A DNA stretch of 52,409 nt, taken from positions 1 through 52,409 of the forward strand of contig JAUCBJ010002507.1 in NCBI GenBank assembly GCA_032718475.1. The letters run 5' to 3'. The notes beneath the pieces were generated by a model. The model searched no databases. It worked only from the letters and a program-made list of their open reading frames with translations, and had not been told where the DNA came from. This document shows positions 24,615 through 36,992 of this stretch, in pieces. Within the stretch, counting starts at the first letter, position 1; every line of letters starts with the position of its first letter. Made by a program: the position numbers and the translations under genes. The stretch comes from Nemertoderma westbladi. Its lineage: Eukaryota > Animalia > Xenacoelomorpha.

Positions 24615-26605
24615 GGTCATTGGTCAACAATAAACGTGGCTCAAAGCGTTGCAAAATATTTTTTTTTAATTTCTTGCCGAACCTCAATATATTATATACC
24701 ATTGGAATCGTCTTTTTGAGCTCTTTCCAGATCTGGCCAAAATATATAAATATATTCCAGTCTAAAAGTTTTATAGGCGAAGTAACGCTAAATGCTATCC
24801 AAGGTAGACATCCAAGGTATACATGGGTTCAAGGTATACATTTTTGTGTACCAAGGTATACATTGGTTAAATTTTCAAGGTACGTTTTGTGTACCAAGGT
24901 ATACAATTTGTGTACCAAGGTATACATTTTGTGTACCAAGGTATACATTGGTTACATTTTCAAAGTATACGTTTTGTGTACCAAGGTATACGTGTTGTGT
25001 AGCAAGGTAGTCTACCAAGGTATAGGTGTTGTGTAGCAAGGTATTCTTCGTTTGGTGTAACAAGGTAAACATGGGTTCAATCTTTAAGGCATGAGATTTG
25101 TGTATCAAGGGTTACGATATTAGTGATTTTGAAAACAAGTAAATAAGGTAGGCTATATCTGGGGTCAATATATCCAGGGATCCGTTCTATCTGGTGAATT
25201 TGTCTCGTTTTTGGAATGAGTTTAGGGGAAGTTAATATTTCTGGAAGACTATCATGTTCACCCTTCCAACCGACCAGCGAAATGTTCGAGAAATGGCAAC
25301 TGCTTATATTATCTTTTGCGAATGATTGGAACTCTTCAGATACCCCACCCCCACTCCTGAACGCGTTGCCTTTATGAACGCCCCCTAAAGTTATTTTACC
25401 AAGTACCGGTAAATGAATTATAACGGTATTCTGATTTCAAGCCTGGAGATACTTGAGTTAAATACGTGGCACATCACAGTAACTAAGGTCCGTGATAGAA
25501 TGCTAGATTGAAATCCCTATAGTGGGGCTGTTAAACGCCTACCGTGTTGTATTAATTGTATTGTATACCTTGGAGTCGTTGTTGAAGCTTGGCCCCATTG
25601 TTTATATCGTAGTGGGGCTGTTAAACGCCTACCGTGTATTAATTGCATTGTATACCTTGAAAACATTGTAGAAGCTTGGCGTGTTGCTGTCCCATTGTTT
25701 ATCATACTGATAGAGTATACCTTGAACATTATAATATGTGTATAATGAGCTAAAACTGTCTACCTTGGTATAAAAATGTCTACCTTGGAACGAACAAACT
25801 CTTTCACTTCCAAAGGATACAAATTCCAAGGGATACCGTCTTATACCAAGGTATACCAATATACTGCAGTATCATAGAAACGGGAAGGGCAGCGACAATT
25901 TATCTTAGCCAACACAAAGGGCTCTATAGAAGTAATTAAAATTGTAAGTGCCGATATAAACCCGTTCGTTTGTAGAAAATGACAGGCCGTCAAAGTTATG
26001 TTCCAAGGGTATACATATTTATCCAAAATCGTGTCCTACCCTCCTTAAACACATTGTGTGGTCAAATTGCAGGAAGTAGGAGGGTCGAATAGATATAATT
26101 TGGGAAGCAGAATCAATACTCATTACAATAAATATTTATTTGGCTGCATTCCGTCACCATGTAGACAGTCTGTAGATGTTGTTTTTACACTATTTTTTTT
26201 TAAGAAAAAAGTGAAATTCTATATAGTTTGCTATGCTAGACGTTATTTTAAGCCACGGGTCATGTTTATGTGCCCTTTGTGATTAAATGAAGAAGCAACG
26301 TCCACTCTATCGATTGGTATATAATATTGGCCAAGATATTCAAGTCATATTTCTGTATGGCAGCTTATTTCAGGGGGACTATATTTTGCAACGCCCAAGG
26401 TAGACACCAAGGTATACATTTTTATGACTTGACTTCTTGTAGTGAAAATACAATATTAGTGTGCAACTCAGATTTTATCTATGTTGTAGAGCTCGCTCTA
26501 ATCTTCAAAACGAGCCATCAACCATTAAAATCGGTTGATGTAAACTGGATTTATAAGCAAAAGTGTGAATTTGCAAAAATGTGCCATCCTTACTGACCAA
26601 TGACC
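24615..26605. mobile_element. Non-autonomous DNA transposon, 12-bp TIRs, 4-bp TSD ATTA, internal CCAAGGTATAC subrepeats
   Basis: atta|GGTCATTGGTCA ... TGACCAATGACC|atta; CCAAGGTATAC motif arrays in direct (24795-25110) and inverted (25560-25860) orientation; no transposase ORF. Confidence 0.8.
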
Positions 26606-26873
26606 ATTACTGAAAGTCAATCTGTATTGACTGAGACGACACTAATATTGATTTTATTTTATTTATAAATATAAAACTGACATCTTTACAAATTATAATT
26701 ATGAATTTCATTGCGTTAGTAAAATCATCACAAAATCTGTCTGTTTAAGTAATAAAATAAATAGCAACAACATTAAGTGTTTGTATATGAGTGATCTCTC
26801 TGTCTTTCTCAATTATTATTATTAATAATATTAAGCACACGTATTGCTGTTAAAGTGAGGGTTGGTGTGAACA

Positions 26874-27254
26874 TTAGGGAGTGTTGGAATTTTGGTTACG
26901 TATCACATCTTCTATAGAATCTTGGACTTCATCTATATTAACAATATCGTTTGGCACCTCGTCTGGTATGGGATACTGTGGGAGTTGTTCAAAGATGGCC
27001 TCTAGATCATCTGTATCGATGTCACTCTCAGTTTCCTTTTCCGTGTGTCGGTAACCATCTAGAGCATCTGATTCAACCATCCTTGCTTGGTTCTGCTCAA
27101 TGAGGTGACGGCGTCGCTGATTGGTTGATTGGCTGCCTTCCGATTGGTTGCTGACTCGATAGAATTGGGTTAACAAGAAATCCCCGCCATCTGGCGGTAA
27201 GTTTGAAATGATGTTTGATGATTGGGAGGGGCAATGAAGTTCGGAAATTCCCAT
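26874..27254 (-). CDS. TRIM37: TRIM37-like terminal coding exon (acidic, disordered C-terminus)
   Basis: gtaactttcag|ATGGGA..., open to TAA; phase 0 fits the upstream exon; AATAAA downstream on the minus strand near 26655. Assigned by linkage and phase, not by recognisable homology. Confidence 0.6.
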   Translation of the reverse strand: MGISELHCPSQSSNIISNLPPDGGDFLLTQFYRVSNQSEGSQSTNQRRRHLIEQNQARMVESDALDGYRHTEKETESDIDTDDLEAIFEQLPQYPIPDEVPNDIVNIDEVQDSIEDVIRNQNSNTP

Positions 27255-27365
27255 CTGAAAGTTACAGATTATTGACATAAATTATTATGATTCATAAAAG
27301 ATAAAGTTTACAAGGAAATTAACCCAACCCCATAACTATAATTACATACGTCAAAGTTACGTAAA

Positions 27366-27872
27366 GTTACTTTACTTTACAGTGTAGAGTTACTTTACGT
27401 TACAGTGTAGAGATACTTTACGTTACAGTGTAGAGATACTTTACGTTACAGTGTAGAGATACTTTACGTTACAGTGTAGAGATACTTTACGTTACAGTGT
27501 AGAGTTACTTTACGTTACAGTGTAGAGTTACTTTACGTTACAGTGTAGAGTTACTTAACGTTACAGTGTAGAGTTACTTTACGTTACAGTGTAGAGATAC
27601 TTTACGTTACAGTGTAGAGATACTTTACGTTACAGTGTAGAGATACTTTACGTTACAGTGTAGAGTTACTTTACGTTACAGTGTAGAGTTACTTTACGTT
27701 ACAGTGTAGAGTTACTTTACGTTACAGTGTAGAGTTACTTTACGTTACAGTGTAGAGTTACTTTACGTTACAGTGTAGAGTTACTTTACGTTACAGTGTA
27801 GAGTTACTTTACGTTACAGTGTAGAGTTACTTTACGTTACAGTGTAGAGTTACTTTACGTTACAGTGTAGAG
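27366..27872 (+). repeat. 23-bp intronic minisatellite (GTTACTTTACGTTACAGTGTAGA), ~22 copies
   Basis: Directly visible. Confidence 0.97.
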
Positions 27873-27960
27873 AGTACTGATCCGAGAGGTTTGTTAAACG
27901 AACGTTTGTTACAAGTTAGTAAAATGAAGTCAGGAGTATTTCAAAAGTCATAAAAAAAAT

Positions 27961-28140
27961 TATAACTTTTAGTTGGGCACAGCTTTTTCAAAGTCGACAA
28001 TGACGTTCAGGTGGGATCGAACTGGTTACTTCCGGGTTTAAAGTCTGACGCTCTAACACGTCAGCTAGCGGCTCAGGTAAAAGATAGACCTGGAAATACT
28101 ATATGATACCTTGTATGTCCGCAATTTACCTCCTCATGGC
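27961..28140 (-). repeat. tRNA-related dispersed repeat, same family as 1427-1702
   Basis: TATAACTTTT.GTTGGGCACAGCT...GATCGAAC...GCTAGCGGCTCAGGTAAAAG.TAGACCTGGAAATA is shared with the LRP2 intron copies. Confidence 0.8.
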
Positions 28141-28424
28141 CTCCCATGTCAATACCATGATATGCTGCCACTGTGCTCAACCCTACCGTACTTGGCCTTC
28201 AATGAGGGGTCATGCACGAATGACTCCTCGGATTCGGCATCAATCATATTCACCCATAACACCAATAATAAATTATAAAAGTCATAAAGGCACTACATTA
28301 CGACTTATCTGTTAATAGAACGCAGAGAGTACGATAAAAAATAATAATAATATTATTGTATTTCGAATCCGAATTTTCATATCGTAACCAGTTCCTGAAG
28401 GAATTACCTATTGAGACAACATAC

Positions 28425-28679
28425 CTGTATTAAGTCGATTAGTGAATTCTGATTGGCTGTTGCCCCGTTGCTATCGCCCCCAGACGCGAGACCCCCCGGT
28501 GCCCCTGGCAACGGTATGTCGTGCAGACCCGCCATTGTTTCTATATCAACATCGTTCTCTCCCACTTCCGGGTCCCCTCCGCTATCTTCGTCGTCCGAGG
28601 TCCCCGACGATATATCCCCCGTCTCCAAATCGTCCAACGCGTTCCGTTGTTGGGAGGCTTCGGACGCCATCTCCGGGTT
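28425..28679 (-). CDS. TRIM37: TRIM37-like exon, acidic region
   Basis: tttaactttgttctag|AACCCG...ATACAG|gtatgt, 255 bp, phase 0/0; contains GENDVD, similar to the GENDVE motif of vertebrate TRIM37. Confidence 0.72.
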
Positions 28680-28943
28680 CTAGAACAAAGTTAAATGTTT
28701 CTATGGGAACGGTTGCAGCTATACCTATAACAGTATCCAGGCCGATACTATTGTATATTTGGCCATCAACAATAGTAGAATAAAAAATAGCCAGAACTTA
28801 CATCCACAAATAAAACCAACACAGACAGTCAGACACACACACCTCCCTACACATGGACATGTACTTGGTAGGCATATACCGTCACTGTATAACACTATAA
28901 TATTAATCCTTACTAAATGACAATATGATATAGGAAATATATA

Positions 28944-30032
28944 GGAGGGTCGATTACGCAAAAAGTGGCAAAAATAATTGTGTCAGACGTAATTCCGCCA
29001 TTCCATGAGCCATAACTCAGCAGAAAATAACCCAAACCATATAAACCTATATATATTTCTATAGAGCGAATTTCGCACATTTTTTGGCATTGGTTTTAAG
29101 CAATTTGACATATATTTTCCTTGGATTACAAGCACGAAATGGACCGATGTCCGATGCTAAGTTTTTGAGATACAAACGATCATAACCAAATGTCAGAAAG
29201 AGATACTTCCAGTAAACTATATATCAGCTAAAAGCTTATTTTATGATCTACAATCCAGTACTAGTCGTTTGTAGTTTGTTAGTTCGTTCGTAGTTTGTTT
29301 TTTGGGGAATCAAATATGCTACATGTTCGTTTTTATAAATTTTTTAGGTGTTGTAACGCTCGTTTTTGAAACATAACTTTTTATTGTGAAATGTTTTTGT
29401 TTCAAGGTAAGTATTTTCCGAAAGATAATTTTATTGGCTCTCCATACATATACAAATGAACGCCAATCGATAAGGCCAGCAGAAATTATGCCCAAACATT
29501 TGCCAAGTAGTTTTTTAACGTCATTGGAAATGTCCATCTTGTAACTCCCTTATTTTTTCTCTAACTTTTCTTCCACAAATCGGATTTACTTAATGTAAAG
29601 TTTATTTATAGCGCTTCTGAAAGCGCTATCTAATGATATACAAGGTCAAGCTTTCACGTTAACCTAATGAGATTGCTAAGCATGTCCACAGTTGTCCTGC
29701 ATGTAACGGTATGTAACGCATTGTAACGCTGTCTCACTTGTAAAGCATGCACAGAAAGATGTAACGCAAATAAACTGTCGATACAGATGAGACAACGTGT
29801 GCATGAGACGCATGTTTAAACAAGGAAATTTATGAGACAAAGCGTTACCGACGAGACATACGTTTTTCGTCCATAACTTTTTTACTATTGGTAGAAAAAA
29901 TGAACCACTATGAAATTTGAAATCAGCACGCTAAGGGCTTTTAAAATATGTATGGTTTGATAGGGTTTGAGAACATTTTTTTTTTAATTTTTTTAACTAC
30001 TTTAAATAACTTTAAATAACTACCGACCCGCC
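28944..30032. mobile_element. Probable non-autonomous DNA transposon in a TRIM37 intron
   Basis: ata|GGAGGGTCG ... CGACCCGCC|ata (9-bp imperfect TIR, possible 3-bp TSD); non-coding interior. Confidence 0.45.
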
Positions 30033-30199
30033 ATAAATAAATGAATGTCTTTGTGACCAATACTCAGTGCTGGGCGATAATTATATAGTGGCATATGTGG
30101 AAATAATTTTAAAGCACAATATTACGGTTATCGAATATAATTCGGAGTATGAATTTATATTGGACTTGGAATGGGTCGAAGTCGTCTCGGTTTCTATGG

Positions 30200-30590
30200 G
30201 GTCTCGTTAGCACACGTTGGGGTCTCCTTGAGTTTGTTGATGGCAGCCTGTTAGTAGCTGGTTAACTCGTCACCCCGCAGACCTGCCCCATCGCCGAAGC
30301 CCAGGGCTCGCCAGGGGCGTCGTCCCCCACGGAGGCACAGAGAGTTAGCTCGTAACAGGGCAAATTGCAGCCTTCGGCGTATGCCACCTTGTAGCACTTT
30401 CCCTAGACCACGTTCCCGCATGGCTTCATTGGTATTTACTAGGGACTCTGCGATGTGGGAAATAAAGATCTCTGTCTGTTTACACCACACACCGTCTGTT
30501 GTGCCGATGAGCGGTGTAAAGGAGATCCTCCTGGCCTCACATACGTCGCGGTAGTGGTCTTGCTTCGCGCGGACCCGTTGTTCTAAGATG
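30200..30590 (-). mobile_element. 5'-truncated CRE-clade non-LTR retrotransposon fragment (C-terminus of the RLE region)
   Basis: K..Y...CEARRISFTPL....DG.....FI..IA..L......IRRRLQFALLRA..LCLRG.R..WR.LG..DGA matches the typical C-terminus of CRE-type ORFs; ends approximate. Confidence 0.75.
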
Positions 30591-30619
30591 GTATTCACTG
30601 ATCGGTTAGCTTTACTTAC

Positions 30620-30827
30620 CTGCGATATAATCGTAGCTAATCTCTCCTTCAGGTCGTCCACCTGTCCAACGTAATGGGCGTTCTGACTCTCGAGCCGTTG
30701 GTTGTACCACTGAATATCACGACATCTCTGGTAGTAAGTGGGCGGTCGGACCTGGAACCGGAGCCGGAGTGTGTCGGTCATTGTATCCAGGAAACCCTCG
30801 GACTCCAGAAAGTCCAGTCTAATAAAT
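30620..30827 (-). CDS. TRIM37: TRIM37-like exon, end of MATH/TRAF domain plus coiled coil
   Basis: gtatttag|ATTTATTAGA...TCGCAG|gtaagt; RFIRLDFLESEGFLDTMTDTLRLRFQVRPPTYYQRCRDIQWYNQRLESQNAHYVGQVDDLKERL resembles TRIM37 RFFRLDLLANEGYL...[26 protein letters not shown]...NNLKERL. Confidence 0.92.
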
Positions 30828-31039
30828 CTAAATACAACCAATCGGCAAGTCAGCGTAAATATACGAAAGGAAATGCTAAAAAAAATAACGGGGGTGGCTA
30901 AAAAAATAAGGAGTTATTGCATATGTTTCACCTTTTCCATTGTTTTTGCTGCTAATAGGGTACTACAAGATAGGATTAATTCAAATCATTAAATTTTCTT
31001 TATAATACTGGTATCAGACAGAGTTATCAGCCATTACAC

Positions 31040-31255
31040 CTACCTATCGGACATTTGCAGGACATTGCTTTCGCCGTGAGGACCAGCCAGTGCATCATCT
31101 TGTACTTTGGCAGCCTCGGAGTGAATAAGCATGGTGGACAGCCCATGACTTTCTTGAGACGCATCTTAAAGGACACTGGCCTTAAAGATGCGGATGATCT
31201 AGCAAATGTCATGGGTGATAGGGAGTTGTGGCGTTGCAATTTTGTTGACAAGCCG
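31040..31255 (+). mobile_element. 3' fragment of an RTE-like LINE, left part (interrupted by the BEL element)
   Basis: RTFAGHCFRREDQPVHHLVLWQP, then after a frameshift GGQPMTFLRRILKDTGL...MGDRELWR, typical of RTE-like ORF ends; resumes at 42741. Confidence 0.7.
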
Positions 31256-33249
31256 TGTCTATCATTGGGACACTCATGGGAGGTTTCGGTTGCAAAATTG
31301 AGTTTCTTTATTAACGCGCTCGCATTCAATCGTTTTGTATTTACAAATTACGGGCAGTTATGATAATGAAATGTGGACAATAAAAGCACTAATAAATAAC
31401 ATAATATATTTCGATAACGTAGTAAAAATATGGATAAAATAAAGGGAGGGGAAATGAATGAATCATTTACTTCGAGTATATGTGGTTACAACGATCAGCA
31501 GAAATAAAGTGTTATCAAAGTAAATGAAATGGGACGAATGAAAAGGCGTGCAAGCGAGCGGACGGGGAGTGAGCGAGCGAGCGAGTGAGCGAGCGGTAAA
31601 AAACAATTTGTGACAACCGGTGGAGTAAATAGGAAGACTGACGAAATTGCTCAGAATGAAGTATATAATGGTAAATTATTACATCGCGAGGTGATAACAG
31701 GAGGTCAAGATGCTGAATGGAGGGGGTCAGGCCTAAAACATGAGGTTTGCATTGATGTAACACATGACAGGCATACTAGGGCTAACAAATTAGTAGATTC
31801 GACCAATGAATGTGCAGAGATTCAATAATTCTGTTTGAGGTTGATGGGCGTTGTGAAGGGTTATTATTATTAATTATATAATATAATGTCAGTATAATAT
31901 ATCGAGAGGGGGGTGGTTATATGAATGAACATGTGGCATCCCGCTTTAACCTGGGGCCACTTACAGTACTTGATAATGTTAGTGGGACTGAGGGGGGCTT
32001 GTTAAGTGAATGATAAGTGGAATCTCGCTGTAACCCGAGTCCACGTACTGTACGAATGATTATGTTAGTAAGACAAGACTTGGGGGGTTTATTATATGAA
32101 TGAAATGTGGAATCCCGCTGTAACCCGAGTCCACGTACTGTACGAATGATTATGTTAGTAAGATGGGTGTGTAGTACGTATTTCGATAATTTAAATGGTC
32201 AGATTATATTGAGGGTGCCGCACCAAGTCAAGGAATTTTGTTAGTTTCTGCTATAGATAGACTGGTCAATCTACGGGAATGAAAGTCTAGTTTTTCGGTA
32301 TATGTGTGTACAAGTATGCAAACATGCGAACCTTTTGATTAAAATACCGGCGACAACAATGACATAATTTGGGGACGAAGTGAGTATTACAATTTTGGGA
32401 CAAAACGATAAATACATAACTGAGGCGAAAATAAGAGAGGGCAGGGCGTCAAGTACTAGCACAATCAACTCACGTGTGGGTGGAGTTAGTAAGAAAGTGA
32501 AAGTAATTGAGAGGATGAGGTCAAGTACTACCACAATCAACTCACGTGTGGAGTTAGTAAGAAAGTGAAAGTAATTGAGAGGATGAGGTCAAGTACTACC
32601 ACAATCAACTCACGTGTGGAGTTAGTAAGAAAGTGAAAGTAATTGAGAGGATGAGGTCAAGTACTACCACAATCAACTCACGTGTGGAGTTAGTAAGAAA
32701 GTGAAAGTAATTGAGAGGGTGAGGTCAAGTACTACCACAATCAACTCACGTGTGGAGTTAGTAAGAAAGTGAAAGTAATTGAGAGGATGAGGTCAAGTAC
32801 TAGCACAATCAACTCACGTGTGGAGTTAGTAAGAAAGTGAAAGTAATTGAGAGGGTGAGGTCAAGTACTACCACAATCAACTCACGTGTGGAGTTAGTAA
32901 GAAAGTGAAAGTAATTGAGAGGATGAGGTCAAGTACTACCACAATCAACTCACGTGTGGAGTTAGTAAGAAAGTGAAAGTAATTGAGAGGGTGAGGTCAA
33001 GTACTACCACAATCAACTCACGTGTGGAGTTAGTAAGAAAGTGAAAGTAATTGAGAGGATGAGGTCAAGTACTAGCACTAACAACTCGCGATCGGAGTTA
33101 GTAAGAAAGTGAAAGTAATTAACACAGAGTGAGAGAGAGAGTGAGTGAGAGAGAGAGAAATCGATTAAAGGCGGGTAAAGCGAGTGAGGTAAAGTAAATC
33201 GAGTGATATAAAGTGAATGTTAAAGGAAATGTTAGAGCGTTGGTTGACA
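31256..33249 (-). repeat. 3' LTR (1994 bp) with ten 68-bp units
   Basis: Near-identical to 41006-42735 except array copy number, two microsatellite slips and about three substitutions seen by eye. Confidence 0.97.
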
Positions 33250-33468
33250 CACCGCCCCTCTTGGCAGGGAGTGCCAAAATGAGACATAGGAAAACCAACG
33301 CGATATAGATAGAGTGATAGGGTGTACAAGTCTACGTATAACCAATGAAATACTCAACCGCCACCATACTAAAGGGTTAATATCAACGAGTTAGTACGTG
33401 TGAGATAATGAGAGTTCCATGTTCGACATCGAATTTGAGTTCGAAACAATGTTACATCGAGTTTGTGT

Positions 33469-36400
33469 TCAATCGGAGTTCTTCAGTCCGTTTCCGTCGT
33501 CCTCAGGTGTACGTCCCCAATACGAGAGAATCTCATCGGGATCGGATCCCTCCAACAGACAAAGTTTACTAACGGGACGGAGGAGGTCAGACTTGTCGTA
33601 GGCGACGCGAACAGTGCGAACTCGTCCATCTTTACCGGGCCGAACCTCAGAAACTCGTCCGATTCTCCACGAGTTTCTAGGGAGTTTCTCATCTGTAATG
33701 ATCACGACATCGTCCACCTTGAGGTTCCTCTAGGGCGCGGTCCACTTGGAACGTTTGTGGAGCGTAGGGATATATTCCCGGATCCATATGTCCCAGAAAC
33801 GATCAGACAGGCCCTGTGCCTGTCGCCAGGATTTGCGGCCGAGTTCGTCTTTACGGTCAAACTTCCCTGGTGGGGATAGTTGGACAGGGTTCCTGAGGAG
33901 GAAGTGCCGAGGAGTAATCGGTTGGTCGGCGGTCGGATCGTCGGTAACCGGGGTCAGTGGACGCGAGTTGAGGATTCCTTCTACCTCGGCCAGCACTGTA
34001 CGAAAGGTGTCCTCGTTGATACGGGTTGAGTCCTTGATGGTGGCGTATAGAGAGTCCTTAACGCTACGAATGAGGCGTTCCCATACTCCAGAGGTATGGG
34101 GGGCAAGCGGTGTCTGGAAATGCCAGGTGCAGTCCAATGTTCTCAAGTGTGAAGTCACTTTGTCTTGGTCAACTCGAGCGAGAGATTCTTTGAGCTCGGA
34201 TTCGGCGCCGACAAAGTTCGTTCCGTTGTCGCAATAGAGATGCTGAGGGGTTCCCCTTGTGGCGATGAAACGTCGTAATGCGTTGATAAAACGGTCAGTT
34301 GAGAGGTCCTCTACCATATCCAGTGCAATCGCCCTAGAATTAAAACAAATGAATATAATGCCGTATCGTGTAATCAAGGACCTCATTCTCTTAAAGAGAA
34401 AAGGGCCAAATAGGTCCATACCTATAAAAGCAAAAACAGGTTTATATGGAGTGAGTCGTGACTCCGGTAAATCGGCCATTATCTGGGTCATTGTGCGAGA
34501 ATGCAATCTCTTGCAAGCAATGCAAGCACTAAGCATGGTTCGTATCAACGATCTTGCATTAATGATCCAATAACGCTCTCTAAGGAATGCCAGACTGTGA
34601 CTTTGTCCAGCATGGCGAAGTCTGATGTGTACATCGTGTATCAAGAGCCTGGCATAGTGACAATTCTTCGGTATAAGGATAGGAAAGCGCGCGTCGTAGG
34701 ACGTGGGTGCTCGTGCAACGCGGCTCCCTAGTCTCAGATATCCGTCGTCTTCGTCTAAAAAGGGAGATAGTTTCCGGATTGTACTCACCTTGGGGATTGG
34801 AGATCCAGACTTTAGAGCTGTATACTCACCTGGGAAGCCAACTCGTTGAACGTACTGTTCAATGCGCTGTTTGGCAGTGACGAGCTCCGATGAGGTCAAC
34901 TTACGAGGACTACCGGGTTGTAGAGGACCACGTTTATGTCTTAGGTATTCAAAGAAACGAATGAACCAAGACACACCGCGTATGAGTCTGTATGACTTAT
35001 AATAGTGCTGTATAAGTTTGTCTGTAGGGGGCAAAGGGGCCATGGTGTTCATAGCATAGACTCGGGTGTCAGACTTAAGCTCGGGATCGTCGGAGGGTAA
35101 TGTATAAGGCGCGTTGTGCGAGACCGGCCAGTATTCTGGAGTAAGAGACAGAAAGTCTGGGCCCCGAATCCATTGTTCCGTTTGTAGGAATCTCTGAGGC
35201 AATAACCCACGACTCGCATAGTCAGCGGGGTTAAGATTCCCTGGGCAATGATGCCACTGATCCACAGTGGTATGACCATGAATAAGGCTGACTCGATTGG
35301 CTACGTAAGGCTTAAAGCGACGGGATTCATTTCTCAAGTAACCTAAAGTAACAGTTGAGTCAGTCCAGAATGTCATAGAGCGGATGGGCATGTCAAGTTC
35401 TTGCCGAACTTGTACAGTCAAGTCGACGGAAAGATGTGCTGCTTGTAATTCAAGCCTGGGGATAGAGATATATCTGAGGGGGGCACTACGGGCCTTGGCA
35501 ATCAAGAAGCCAGTGGTAATGGCGCCATCGGGTGTGGTTGTACGAAGGTAACTCACCATACCATACCCTTTGTCGCTAGCGTCCGAAAAGGAATGAATGT
35601 CGTAAATGTTGTCAGGTAAAGGAATAGGGGTGTAAGTCCGGGGTATGCAGAAGTCGACCAGTAGCGTGAGTTGTAATTTCCACTCGTTCAATCGGGTCTC
35701 TAGTGGTAGTGGAATAGGGTCATCCCAGCCAAGTTTATGGCGCCATATATCCTGCAGCAGGATACGCAGTAAGAGGGTAACAGGGCCCAAGAAACTCAGA
35801 GGGTCGAATAGAGAACTGACTAGAGATAGGACACCTCGCTTGGTGGACGGTGTGTCCTTCAGCCGTATGTCAATCGATAGCGTGTCATTCACAGTGTCCC
35901 AAACAAGTCCAAGGGCTGTGGTGATAGCTGTCTGTATGTCAGAGTCACGAGTGGTATGAGTCGGGATGGCAAGGTAGGTTGGGTCTAATGACTTGAGAAA
36001 TTCGGAATTGTTGGAATGAAACTTGGTGAGGTGAAATCCCCCAAGCGATAAACATTCGATCAAACTTTTAGCGAGATCTACGGCTTCTAATGGGGTTTGA
36101 GCACCAGACATACCATCATCGTAATAAAACTCGTTTTGAATTGTTTCATTGACTCTTGGAGGGTATCGGTGTGCGTTGTCGGAACCTGTTCTTCGCAGAG
36201 CTGTGAGAGCGATAGTTGGGGAGTCCCCTGCTCCAAAGATATGGACTTCCATCCAATATTCTGTAGGACTGCGATCCATGTCGCCATTCTCCCACCACAG
36301 GAATCGTAATGAGTCCCTATCTTCCGGGTTGACCTCGACCTGGTGGAACATAGATTTTATATCGCACGAGAATGCTACAGCATGGCGACGGAATTTGCAA

Positions 36401-36858
36401 AGTATTCCAGACAGTAGGTTGGATTGGTCGGGTCCATTGATTAGGTTGGCATTCAGAGAAGTGCCAAAGTAGGGTGCAGCTGCGTTGAACACAACTCTAA
36501 TCTTGTTGGGTTTCTTGGGATATAGAACGTAATGGTGCGGCAGGTACCAAGAACGAGGGCCATGAGAGTCAATCTCAGATGGGGTGAGTTTCCTAGCGTA
36601 TCCCTGTGATATATAGTCTTCAACCTGAGTGGTGTAGAGAGTTAGAACTTCCGGTTTCTTCCTGAGACGTTTCCCCAACCAAACTAAACAACGTTGTGCG
36701 TATAATTTATTACATGGGAGCGTTACATCGTCTCGTTTCCACAGGAGACCTAGTGAGTAATGTCCGTTGGGTTTAAGGCGCATGGCCTGCAGTATGGATT
36801 GGGATCGGAGGTTTAAGGGGGACATTTCCTTTCCTAAGGAAGACGAATGTACTTCCAT
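33469..36858 (-). CDS. BEL/Pao pol (RT, RNase H, integrase, C-terminal DUF5641-like), one in-frame TAG at 33730
   Basis: WYLPHH, KIRVVFNAA, DIKSMFHQV, FYYDD, FSDAS, IPRLEL, WTDS, H..H/C..C zinc finger, DLFGP, DNGTNF, GVWERLIRSVK; ORF 33469-33717 continues in the same frame. Confidence 0.95.
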
Positions 36859-36992
36859 CTCCCAGAATCGTCTAAGGTTCTCTTCTAGGTTGTTTAAATA
36901 TGAAATGTTAGGATGTTGAGATTGTTTGGTGTGAGTTCTGGGTCACTTCAGAGTTTGAATCGGAACCAGGGTCAAAAGTAGCTGCAGTTCGT

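Noticed and set aside
31515-32568. Short ORFs duplicated at 41245-42322
   Set aside because: Incidental frames inside the two LTRs.
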